Assembly (NCBI GenBank): GCA_040235515.1
Contig: JBECKX010000155.1
Location: 1 to 35,113 of the forward strand
DNA length: 35,113 nt
Reading direction: 5' to 3'
Source: Candidatus Zixiibacteriota bacterium
GTDB lineage: Bacteria > Zixibacteria > MSB-5A5 > CAIYYT01
Positions 27,751 to 35,113 of this stretch are shown one piece after another (within the stretch, counting starts at the first letter, position 1; every line of letters starts with the position of its first letter). A program made the position numbers and the translations under genes. Under the pieces are notes generated by a model. The model saw only the letters and a program-made list of their open reading frames with translations. It was not told the origin of the DNA and did no database searches.

Positions 27751-28611
27751 CTACTTGTGAATTCCCTTCAGGGGGCGAGAGGCAGCTACCAAGTCATAAA
27801 GTGTATCACACGCTGCTTCGAATCGTGTTCTTAGCTGTTTCTCTCGAGCGACGAGGTGGGAGCGCGAATCTATCTTGTGCCCTGAGTCGTTTCGGTGTGG
27901 TGTCAAACCAGAAATCCTGTTAAGCAATTGCTTTGTCATGAGAGGACACTTTGACTTAGTTGTGTCCATATGGCTACGCAAGAAATCGACAACAGAATCC
28001 CAAGAGGCTTTGTGAATGTTCAGACTCGTTTTCCCCGCATTAAGAAATCCGAGCTTGTCGCATTTCGTGTAGATCCGCCTGCATAGGTCCTCAATAAGAT
28101 CATACACCTTAGAGCATCCTTTTGATGGATCGCCATTTTGAAATGTAGAAACTGCTTCCGACAACTCAGTCCTGTACCGCTTGGGAAATTTGTCAAATTC
28201 TGGCGTTCTGAGAGCAAGGAGTGATAAGGGAAGCGCTAGTTGAGAAACAAACACCTTGCCTCTCTCCGATACCTCGAGAATCCCAACCCCTCGCTCCTTC
28301 GCCGCGCGAAGGTCTTCCTTGTATTGTGAATACTTCAGACCTTCTGGAATCGCAATATAGAGTTTAGCCGGGATATGGTCGGTAATACCCTTTATGACTA
28401 TTGGGTCTGTGACACGTGGATAGACAACCTCTTCGATCATGATCCAATAGGCGTAGAAATACTGGTCTGTTCCTGTAATAGCGAAAGTGAAGTCAACTTC
28501 AGGAATGTGTGTTTCTGGGCGCAGCTTCGAAATGCCCCATTTCTTGTCTAGAAACTTGGCTACGTAATCTCCCATCTCATGAAGTCGTTTGTCTAGTATT
28601 TGGAACTTCAT
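27751..28611 (-). CDS. Hypothetical protein: degenerate restriction-endonuclease-like N-terminus plus HEPN/Abi-C-like C-terminus
   Basis: KLYIAIPE...AKERGVGILEV resembles the end of a PD-(D/E)XK fold; helical LSEAVSTFQNGD...IEDLCRRI followed by the R-x4-H motif RNDSGH. Start overlaps the upstream stop (ATGA, 28611-28608). Confidence 0.6.
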   Translation of the reverse strand: MKFQILDKRLHEMGDYVAKFLDKKWGISKLRPETHIPEVDFTFAITGTDQYFYAYWIMIEEVVYPRVTDPIVIKGITDHIPAKLYIAIPEGLKYSQYKEDLRAAKERGVGILEVSERGKVFVSQLALPLSLLALRTPEFDKFPKRYRTELSEAVSTFQNGDPSKGCSKVYDLIEDLCRRIYTKCDKLGFLNAGKTSLNIHKASWDSVVDFLRSHMDTTKSKCPLMTKQLLNRISGLTPHRNDSGHKIDSRSHLVAREKQLRTRFEAACDTLYDLVAASRPLKGIHK

Positions 28612-29561
28612 TGCACTTCATCCAAGAGGCGACCGATTGCATTCCAAAGTTTCGTTAGCCTACGTTTGAGGTCATCATCTATAAGACGGGATTCTATGTC
28701 TTCCAACTGTTCCAAGAGGGAGTCGATTTTAGTTTGAACATCACGCTCAAGGTAGGCCTCTGAAACTGAGTCCTCATAGGCCTGCTCCACTGTGTAGTTG
28801 TTACTTGTAAAAAGTTTGTCGAGGACGGTTTCTGCCTTGGTAGCGTCAGCTTCAACTCTCTTCGCCCTCGCGATTCTCGCAACCTGCCGAAACTGTATTC
28901 TGCTCTTAATCACTCCCCGCTTATACTTGTCGATGAGCACCTGCCGTATCTTGTCCTTGCGATTGATCAGATTTGGCATTGCACGCTCGACTGTCTTAAG
29001 AGCTCGCTCCATTTCGATGAAGAAATCTTCAGTTAATTTCTGCTGCGGCTTGGGTTTATTCAGCTCCTTGAGTATTGTGTCCTTATACTGCTGCGGCAGA
29101 GCCATGAGCAGTTTGCAGCGCCTTATCACACCTCGTGACAAGCCCGTTTCATTGGCCAGTTCCCTTTCGTTTGGATCTTGCCCCAGCCTTTCCCTAAGCA
29201 GCTCAACAATTCTAGGTAACTTCAAAGCAATGGTAAGGAGATCCCATTGCTCTCTGAGTGCATGAATATTGAACATAAGCAGCAAGTTGGTGAGCGCATC
29301 AGGCTTGGATTGAACCAGAGCAGGGATCGTTGCCTTGCCGAGCTTTCGCGAGCAAGTCCAGCGTCGTTCGCCATCTATCAGAACGTATTTTTTGCCCTCC
29401 CTGTAGACAGAAATGGGCACCTGTACCCCGTAGCGCCTAATACTCTCTAACAACTCATCCAGTTCTTCAGGCCTGAAGATTAGGCGGGGATTCTCTGGGT
29501 TTCGCTGAATTTGGTTTGTAGGTATCTGCTCTAATGTCGAATTGGCTGCATCAATTAGCAT
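28608..29561 (-). CDS. ParB/RepB/Spo0J-family protein (ParB/Srx N-terminal domain plus HTH)
   Basis: NPENPR..F....LDELLESIRRYGVQVPI, LIDGERRW arginine patch, HTH ERELANETGLSRGVIRR; GAGGTG Shine-Dalgarno. Confidence 0.88.
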   Translation of the reverse strand: MLIDAANSTLEQIPTNQIQRNPENPRLIFRPEELDELLESIRRYGVQVPISVYREGKKYVLIDGERRWTCSRKLGKATIPALVQSKPDALTNLLLMFNIHALREQWDLLTIALKLPRIVELLRERLGQDPNERELANETGLSRGVIRRCKLLMALPQQYKDTILKELNKPKPQQKLTEDFFIEMERALKTVERAMPNLINRKDKIRQVLIDKYKRGVIKSRIQFRQVARIARAKRVEADATKAETVLDKLFTSNNYTVEQAYEDSVSEAYLERDVQTKIDSLLEQLEDIESRLIDDDLKRRLTKLWNAIGRLLDEVQ

Positions 29562-29570
29562 TCTTACACC

Positions 29571-30368
29571 TCAACCCTTGAGGTTTGAAATGAGTACTTC
29601 ATAAGAACCCCTTCTCGAAGATGCGAATCCTGCGATATTCCGCCGAGTTCGCACGCGCGCTATCCTCCATCGTGAGAATGTCTCAATTAACTCCCTTTCG
29701 TATAGATAGGAGAGTACGAACGTCACTCCGCGTTTATCAAGCTCATATAGGCTACTTGCTAATCTGCCCAGATCAGTCTTGCCAAACTCTCTCCCGGAGT
29801 ACTCCCGAAACACTCTTCGCTTTTCCACGAAATACGGCGGATCTAAGTATACGAAGTCGCCCTTCTCTGCATACTGGATCGTATACTCAAAGTCAGCCTC
29901 TATCAACATAGCCTTAGCCAGACGTTCCGATGCGTCAAGTAGGGCGTCTACATCTATCTTCTTCTTGTTCTTCGATCTGCCACAAGGGACGTTGAATGTC
30001 CCGTCCCTATTGGTTCGGTATAAGCCATTGAAGCAGTAGAAATTTAGGTAGAGGAATCTCGCCGCTCTGTCAGCTTCAGTCAATGTAAGAGGATTCAAGG
30101 CACGAATCTTGTAGTAATCTCGCGGACCCCGGTCAATCAATTCTATGGCACTTATGACTCGACCCACGTCTATCTGCAGCATCCTAAGCGTGTGGACGAG
30201 CTCCCCATTAAGGTCGCCGAGAATTGCATCTTGAGGTTCGAGATCAAAGAACAAACATGCAGATCCACAGAACGGCTCAATATATCGCCTGAAGCCCGAA
30301 CTCCAATACTGCCTGAGAGTGGGGAGTAGTTGTCTCTTGCTGCCTGCCCATCGCATGACTGGTCTCAT
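29571..30368 (-). CDS. Dam-family (D12 class) N6-adenine DNA methyltransferase
   Basis: RWAGSK, YIEPFCGSA (motif I), FNGLYRTN..G.FNVP (target-recognition hairpin), FVYLDPPY (motif IV), EVLISN. Confidence 0.95.
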   Translation of the reverse strand: MRPVMRWAGSKRQLLPTLRQYWSSGFRRYIEPFCGSACLFFDLEPQDAILGDLNGELVHTLRMLQIDVGRVISAIELIDRGPRDYYKIRALNPLTLTEADRAARFLYLNFYCFNGLYRTNRDGTFNVPCGRSKNKKKIDVDALLDASERLAKAMLIEADFEYTIQYAEKGDFVYLDPPYFVEKRRVFREYSGREFGKTDLGRLASSLYELDKRGVTFVLSYLYERELIETFSRWRIARVRTRRNIAGFASSRRGSYEVLISNLKG

Positions 30369-30470
30369 ATCGCCGAAGTTTCTCCAAGAGCGCCGACTAC
30401 AACTTCAACAAAGAGTCCCTTTACTAAGTCTGTAGTGTGGTGCGGCCGTCTTCGATACCTTTGGGTGTGC

Positions 30471-30498
30471 AAGTTATTCTACTCAAGTCCTCTGTCAA
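30471..30498 (-). promoter_or_regulatory. Putative sigma70 promoter for the methyltransferase operon
   Basis: TTGACA (30498-30493), 16-bp spacer, TAACTT (30476-30471). Confidence 0.55.
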
Positions 30499-30516
30499 GA
30501 AGATTTCTCCGCCCCC

Positions 30517-31659
30517 CTACTCCCGCATCAGCGGTGTCTGGTAGATGCGGTAGGTTTTGTACACTTTGCCACCGATCCCCTCGATCGGGCGGCGCATCAT
30601 GTCGTTGTCCTCAAGGACCCAGCTTAATTCGCCACGATTGTAGCCGTTGGCGACACCGTTGTTGAGCAGGTCGTAGTAGAAGATGCTGTCCAACCCCCGC
30701 TTTTGATACTTCTTGATCACACCCAGCGTGATCACGCGCGCCTGGTTGATGTTCTTCCTGATTTTCATATTCCAGAGCAGCTTGAAGATGCCGATCGGCA
30801 GCAATCTTCCATTCATCTTGCGAAACACCTGGTTGACATCAGGCAGTGCCAGCGCAAACCCGGCCGGTTCGCCATCGATCTCCCCGAAGAGCGCCAGATC
30901 GGGATCAAGGATCATTTTCATATCTTTGGCGATGTGCGTGAACTCATCATTATTGAGCGGCACGAATCCCCAGTTGTTCTCCCACGCCTGGTTGTAAACC
31001 TTGATCACCCGCTGGATTTCGGCGTCAAAATCGCGCATGCTGATCTTGCGCACCGTCATTCCGGAGCGTTCGCGCAGACGGTTGACGATCCGTCCGAGCC
31101 GCTCGTCGGTGGCGGCTTCGCCGTCGATGATATACGCCAGCAGGTCCTTCGCCTTCTTCATGCCGAACTTCTCGAGGAAATCCTGATAGTATGGCGGGTT
31201 GTAGGTCATCATCACCATCGGCGGTTGATCGAAGGCGTCGATCAGCAGCCCCACCTCGTGATTGGTGGAGAAGTTCATCGGCCCGCGCATTACCTCCATC
31301 CCCTTCGCCTTGAGGGTGATCATCGCCACCTTGAGCATCTTGTGGGCGACGGCGTAATCCTCGATGCACTCGAAGAAACCGAACGATCCCAACTTCTCCT
31401 GGTGAAACTCGTTGTGCGCGCGGTTGATGCAGGTCGCGATGCGGCCAACCACCTCACCCTTGTGGCGCGCCAGAAACAGGTGGGTCTCCGCGACGCGATA
31501 GAAGGGGTTCTTCTGTTTATTGAAGAAATCTTTGCGATCAATGATCAGCGGCGGTACCCAGTTCGGGTTGCCTTTATAGATTTTCCAGGGGAATTTTATG
31601 AACTGGTGAAGCTCGCCGGAGCTCTTAACTTCGATTACTTCTACGTCATCAGCTTGCAT
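30517..31659 (-). CDS. GNAT-family N-acyltransferase, probable bacterial ceramide synthase (bCerS)
   Basis: FIKFPWKIY...WVPPL, GRI, FGFFE, GPMNF, YNPPYY, AWENNWGFVP, ELSWVLEDN, YKTYRIY; directly downstream of spt. Confidence 0.8.
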   Translation of the reverse strand: MQADDVEVIEVKSSGELHQFIKFPWKIYKGNPNWVPPLIIDRKDFFNKQKNPFYRVAETHLFLARHKGEVVGRIATCINRAHNEFHQEKLGSFGFFECIEDYAVAHKMLKVAMITLKAKGMEVMRGPMNFSTNHEVGLLIDAFDQPPMVMMTYNPPYYQDFLEKFGMKKAKDLLAYIIDGEAATDERLGRIVNRLRERSGMTVRKISMRDFDAEIQRVIKVYNQAWENNWGFVPLNNDEFTHIAKDMKMILDPDLALFGEIDGEPAGFALALPDVNQVFRKMNGRLLPIGIFKLLWNMKIRKNINQARVITLGVIKKYQKRGLDSIFYYDLLNNGVANGYNRGELSWVLEDNDMMRRPIEGIGGKVYKTYRIYQTPLMRE

Positions 31660-31697
31660 GACTCCCTCACCCGCTCAAGCTTTCAGGTTGCGTCTGC

Positions 31698-32891
31698 TTA
31701 AGCAACTGCGGAGAGCACTCCGGTCTTTTTGCCGATCTTCTCGAACGTCTCGAGTACATAGTCGAGCTGGTCATCGGTATGGTTGGCCGTGTAGCTCGTG
31801 CGAATCAGAGAATTGCCCGGTTCCACCGCCGGTGGGATAGCAGCGTTGGCAAAGATGTTGGCCTCGGTCAGCATTTTCCAGAACATGAAGCACTCTTCCA
31901 TATCGCCGATCCGGATCGGGACAATCGGGGTCTGCGTGGTGCCAATATCGAAGCCGAGACTCTTGAGACCCTCATGCATCTTGCGGGTGATCTGCCACAA
32001 ACGCTCGCGGCGTTCCGGTTCGCTCTTCATAATATCGAGTACCGCCAGAACCGTAGCGGCGGCCGAGGGCGGGATTGCGGCGGAGAAGATCATCGTCCGC
32101 GAGAAATGCTTAACATACTCCATTACGTTCGAGTCACCCACGACGTAACCGCCGATCGAAGCGAACGATTTCGAGAATGTACCCATCGAGATATCAACAT
32201 CGTCGGTCATCCCGAAATACTCGGCGGTGCCGGCTCCTGTCGGACCGAGATAGCCGACCGCGTGGGCATCATCGATCATCACGCGCGAGTTATATTTCTT
32301 TGCGAGTTCAACCATCTTCGGCAGGTCGACAATGTCACCCTCCATCGAAAAGACGCCATCGGCGACAATCATCTTGGGCGCATCCTGCGGGACCGACTGA
32401 AGTACGCGCTCCAGGTCGTCCATGCTGTTGTGGTTGTACTTGATAATCTTGCCGTAGGAGAGCCGCGCGCCATCGACAATACAGGCGTGATCGGCGCGAT
32501 CCATGAACAGGTAATCACCCTTCTGCACCAGGCAGGAGATGGTGCCGAGGTTGGTCTGGAAGCCGGTCGAGTAGACGAGACAAGCCTCCTTGCCCATGTA
32601 TTCCGCGAGCCTGTGTTCCAATTCGATATGGAGATCGAGGGTGCCGTTGAGGAAGCGAGAACCGGTGCAGCCGGTGCCGTACTTCCTGGTGGCATTGACC
32701 GTTGCTTCGACAACCTTCGGGTGGGTCGTGAGTCCAAGATAGTTATTCGACCCGATCATCAGCATCTTCCGCCCTTCAATCATAACTTCGGTTTCGGAAG
32801 CGGAGGAAATCGGACGGAAATAGGGATAGAACCCCTTCTCCTTAACCTCGAGCGATCGGGTGAAGGCTTTACACTTGTCGAACAGATCCAT
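31698..32891 (-). CDS. spt: Serine palmitoyltransferase (alpha-oxoamine synthase family)
   Basis: GFYPYFR N-terminus typical of FCB SPTs; GSNNYLGL, GSRFLNGT, DDAH, PLP-lysine GTFSKS; adjacent to a bCerS-like gene. Confidence 0.8.
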   Translation of the reverse strand: MDLFDKCKAFTRSLEVKEKGFYPYFRPISSASETEVMIEGRKMLMIGSNNYLGLTTHPKVVEATVNATRKYGTGCTGSRFLNGTLDLHIELEHRLAEYMGKEACLVYSTGFQTNLGTISCLVQKGDYLFMDRADHACIVDGARLSYGKIIKYNHNSMDDLERVLQSVPQDAPKMIVADGVFSMEGDIVDLPKMVELAKKYNSRVMIDDAHAVGYLGPTGAGTAEYFGMTDDVDISMGTFSKSFASIGGYVVGDSNVMEYVKHFSRTMIFSAAIPPSAAATVLAVLDIMKSEPERRERLWQITRKMHEGLKSLGFDIGTTQTPIVPIRIGDMEECFMFWKMLTEANIFANAAIPPAVEPGNSLIRTSYTANHTDDQLDYVLETFEKIGKKTGVLSAVA

Positions 32892-32980
32892 AATTAACTT
32901 GCGCTCTACTCCACGCCTGATAGATTAGCGGGCATGTATCTGCAATTGCTATTGCACAGGTGTTTGCTCTTGGGCGCGAA

Positions 32981-33009
32981 ACAATAACGAATGGGTATAT
33001 CAAAGTCAA
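32981..33009 (-). promoter_or_regulatory. Putative sigma70 promoter for spt-bCerS
   Basis: TTGACT (33009-33004), 17-bp spacer, TATTGT (32986-32981); overlaps the start of the divergent SDR gene. Confidence 0.5.
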
Positions 33010-34019
33010 GCCAATTTATCCCGTCTCTGACACGGCGTCCGAAGGCGCTAGTCACGGGTGGGAGCGGCTTTGTGGGTTCGCATCTCGCGGAGCGCTTGAG
33101 TGAAATCGGCTGCGATCTCTACCTGCTCTTAAGGGAGAGTTCAAAGCTCGACAATATCAATCATTTATCGTTCACACCGGTCATCGATGACCTCCGTGAC
33201 GGCTCGAAACTTGCCGAGGTCCTTCCCGATATCGACTATATCTTCCACTCTGCCGGCTTGATCAAAGCCCGCTCGCGCGAAGAGTTTATGGAGGTCAACG
33301 CCGGCGGAACGGAGCGGCTCGCCAATCTGGCATTGCAGCACTGCCGCGAGTTGAAGCGATTCGTTTATATCTCCACGCAGGCGGCTGCCGGACCGACCCG
33401 GGAGGGTGAAGCCAGGAGCGAAGTTGATACACCGCAGCCGATTTCCCATTACGGGGAGAGCAAACTTGCGGGTGAGACGGCGCTGTTGGCCCTAAAAGAT
33501 CGGCTGCCGTTTTCGATCATTCGTCCATCGGCGGTCTACGGCGAACGTGACCAGGAGATGTTGCAGATATTCCAGTCGGTCAAGGCCGGCATCCTGCTCA
33601 AATTCGGACGGCAGGAGAGCTATATCAGCATCGCATACATCGGAGATATCGTCGAGGGAACCATTCGGGCCGCCTTCATGACCGAGGGAATCGGCGAGAC
33701 TTTCTTCATAAATACCGTCGATAAACTCTCCCAGTGGCAGGCGCAGTATCTGATGGCTGATGCGATGAAGGTCGAGATCCGTCCAATCGTGATTCCCTTC
33801 TGGCTGCTGAACCGGCTCGCAGGTATGGTGGAGAGCTTCGAAAACAGCCAGGGACGGGCATCGATGATCAGCCGCGACAAAATGAAAGAACTGCGTTGCC
33901 GCTTCTGGGTTTGCTCCTCGGAGAAAGCGCGCAGCTTGCTCCGGTTCGAGCCGCTGCTGCCAATCGAAGAGAGTCTGCAGAAAACCTATCAGTGGTACCT
34001 TGACCACCGGATGTTGTAA
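32991..34019 (+). CDS. NAD-dependent epimerase/dehydratase (extended SDR); candidate ceramide or 3-ketosphinganine reductase
   Basis: TGGSGFVG, HSAG, YGESK (YxxxK), IRPSAVYG; divergent from spt. Substrate inferred only from context. Confidence 0.8.
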   Translation: MGISKSSQFIPSLTRRPKALVTGGSGFVGSHLAERLSEIGCDLYLLLRESSKLDNINHLSFTPVIDDLRDGSKLAEVLPDIDYIFHSAGLIKARSREEFMEVNAGGTERLANLALQHCRELKRFVYISTQAAAGPTREGEARSEVDTPQPISHYGESKLAGETALLALKDRLPFSIIRPSAVYGERDQEMLQIFQSVKAGILLKFGRQESYISIAYIGDIVEGTIRAAFMTEGIGETFFINTVDKLSQWQAQYLMADAMKVEIRPIVIPFWLLNRLAGMVESFENSQGRASMISRDKMKELRCRFWVCSSEKARSLLRFEPLLPIEESLQKTYQWYLDHRML

Positions 34020-34057
34020 TCAATGAACTACGAGAATTCAACTTTGAGCATGCAACA

Positions 34058-34459
34058 ATGAACCCGCAAAAACTGCTTCTTACCGCCGGTGTTGCCGCCG
34101 GCATCCTGCTGATCCTGGAGTTGATCCGGGTCAGGATCATGCGGCGAATGGTCAGGCATCTCGAGATCGCAGAAGAAATTGAGATTCAGTTCTTCCAGCC
34201 GCTGCTCGTGAACCTGGTTTTTGTCGTGATGCTGCCCGCGATCGTCTATTCCGCGCTCTATCCGATCCTGCCCTTCACCAGCTATCGCTCCGGGTTTTTC
34301 ATAGCCCTTTTCGTCTTTGCGGTAGGTGTGCTCCCGAATCAGGTGAGAGCCTACAATCAATTCAGGCTATCCTCGGCGATAACGGCATTTGAAATGTTCT
34401 GGAGCCTCCTCACTCTGCTTGCTTCGATCGGGACAATTACATACCTATACCACTATTAG
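34058..34459 (+). CDS. Small multi-pass membrane protein of unknown function
   Basis: About four hydrophobic segments; co-oriented between the SDR and the aminotransferase. Confidence 0.7.
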   Translation: MNPQKLLLTAGVAAGILLILELIRVRIMRRMVRHLEIAEEIEIQFFQPLLVNLVFVVMLPAIVYSALYPILPFTSYRSGFFIALFVFAVGVLPNQVRAYNQFRLSSAITAFEMFWSLLTLLASIGTITYLYHY

Positions 34460-34497
34460 ATCAGTAACCGGGTGTGGCTATCAGGAGGTAGCACTCT

Positions 34498-35113
34498 ATG
34501 ATCGACAGCAGAGTTCGCGACGATTTCTACGGGCTCGATTCGGGCAAGATTTTCTTCAATAACGCATCCTACGGTCCGCTGCTTAAGGATGTCAAAGCGC
34601 GGATGGATGAGTATTTTGAAATGATCAAAAATCTCAAGGTGGGGGACCTCGAATCTTATGAAAAACGTCAGCTTTGCCGCGAGTATGCTGCCAGGCTGAT
34701 CGGTGCCTCGCTTGACGAAGTTGAGTTTGCGATCAATACATCCTACGGTATCAATCTGGCCGTACTCGGGCTCGAGTATGAAGCGGGCGACGAAATCGTA
34801 ATGCCTGATAACGAGTTCCCGTCAGTACCTTATCCCTTCAAAGTCCTCGAGTCGCAGGGCGTCAAGATCAGGTACGTTCCCTCGGTCAACCGCAATTTCA
34901 GTTTCGATAACATGGTTGAACTGGTGAACCAAAACACCAGAGTGCTGGCGATCAGTTTCGTACAGTTCTTTAATGGTTTCCGAAATGATATCAAGCGGCT
35001 GGGCGAATTCTGCAAGGAACGCGATATCTTCTTTGTGGTGGACGCCATCCAGGGCCTTGGCGTCTGTCCGCTTGATGTCAAGGAGTGCCACATCGACCTC
35101 CTTGCCAGTGGTG
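34498..35113 (+). CDS. Class V PLP-dependent aminotransferase / cysteine desulfurase-like protein (5' part, runs off the window)
   Basis: Not in the ORF track; translated manually. AGGAGG then ATG 34498; FFNNASYGP, INTSYGIN, NEFPS, VDAIQGLG; frame open to the window end. Confidence 0.9.
   Translation, partial: MIDSRVRDDFYGLDSGKIFFNNASYGPLLKDVKARMDEYFEMIKNLKVGDLESYEKRQLCREYAARLIGASLDEVEFAINTSYGINLAVLGLEYEAGDEIVMPDNEFPSVPYPFKVLESQGVKIRYVPSVNRNFSFDNMVELVNQNTRVLAISFVQFFNGFRNDIKRLGEFCKERDIFFVVDAIQGLGVCPLDVKECHIDLLASG

Noticed and set aside
28408..28423. parS-like TGTGACACGTGGATAG inside the island
   Set aside because: Only the CACGTG core and a few flanking bases match TGTTTCACGTGAAACA; it is not palindromic and lies in coding sequence.
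27751..30368. Prophage or plasmid remnant, or a standard type II R-M system
   Set aside because: No integrase, replication, ParA or structural genes; the third gene lacks a clear PD-(D/E)XK or HNH active site. Not fully excluded without profile searches.
31698..32891. BioF or Kbl assignment (birA is in the window)
   Set aside because: The YPYFR N-terminus, GSRFLNGT and linkage to a bCerS-like GNAT favour SPT; no other bio or tdh genes are adjacent.
30703..32897. Long plus-strand ORFs (332 aa and 372 aa)
   Set aside because: Antisense shadows of the codon-biased bCerS-like and spt genes, with no protein motifs. The same applies to the alternative-frame ORFs inside the giant gene and other CDSs.

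Overview
Bacterial chromosomal window from a diderm, probably FCB-superphylum organism (Zixibacteria-like; inferred from the PorV-family barrel, FlgD/T9SS-type C-terminal domain and ceramide genes). Left to right: a 223-bp tandem repeat with GTAG-type REP hairpins; a PorV/PorQ-family barrel downstream of a ~2,520-aa acidic Ig-repeat surface protein with a ~540-nt leader; a probable 6S RNA; rsgA preceded by a small charged ORF and an apparent leader-peptide attenuator; housekeeping genes (SAM methyltransferase, K+ channel, alpha/beta hydrolase, alr, nadC, birA); an SGNH-TPR protein, a beta-barrel, a tricorn-like S41 protease, a DUF1697 protein and a PocR-PAS hybrid kinase. Then a lower-GC three-gene operon (Dam-family adenine methyltransferase + ParB-like protein + REase-like/HEPN protein with RNDSGH), the best candidate for an undescribed anti-phage system; a ceramide cluster (spt, bCerS-like GNAT, reductase-like SDR); and a class V aminotransferase cut by the window end. 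All assignments come from motif reading by eye; no database searches were run.
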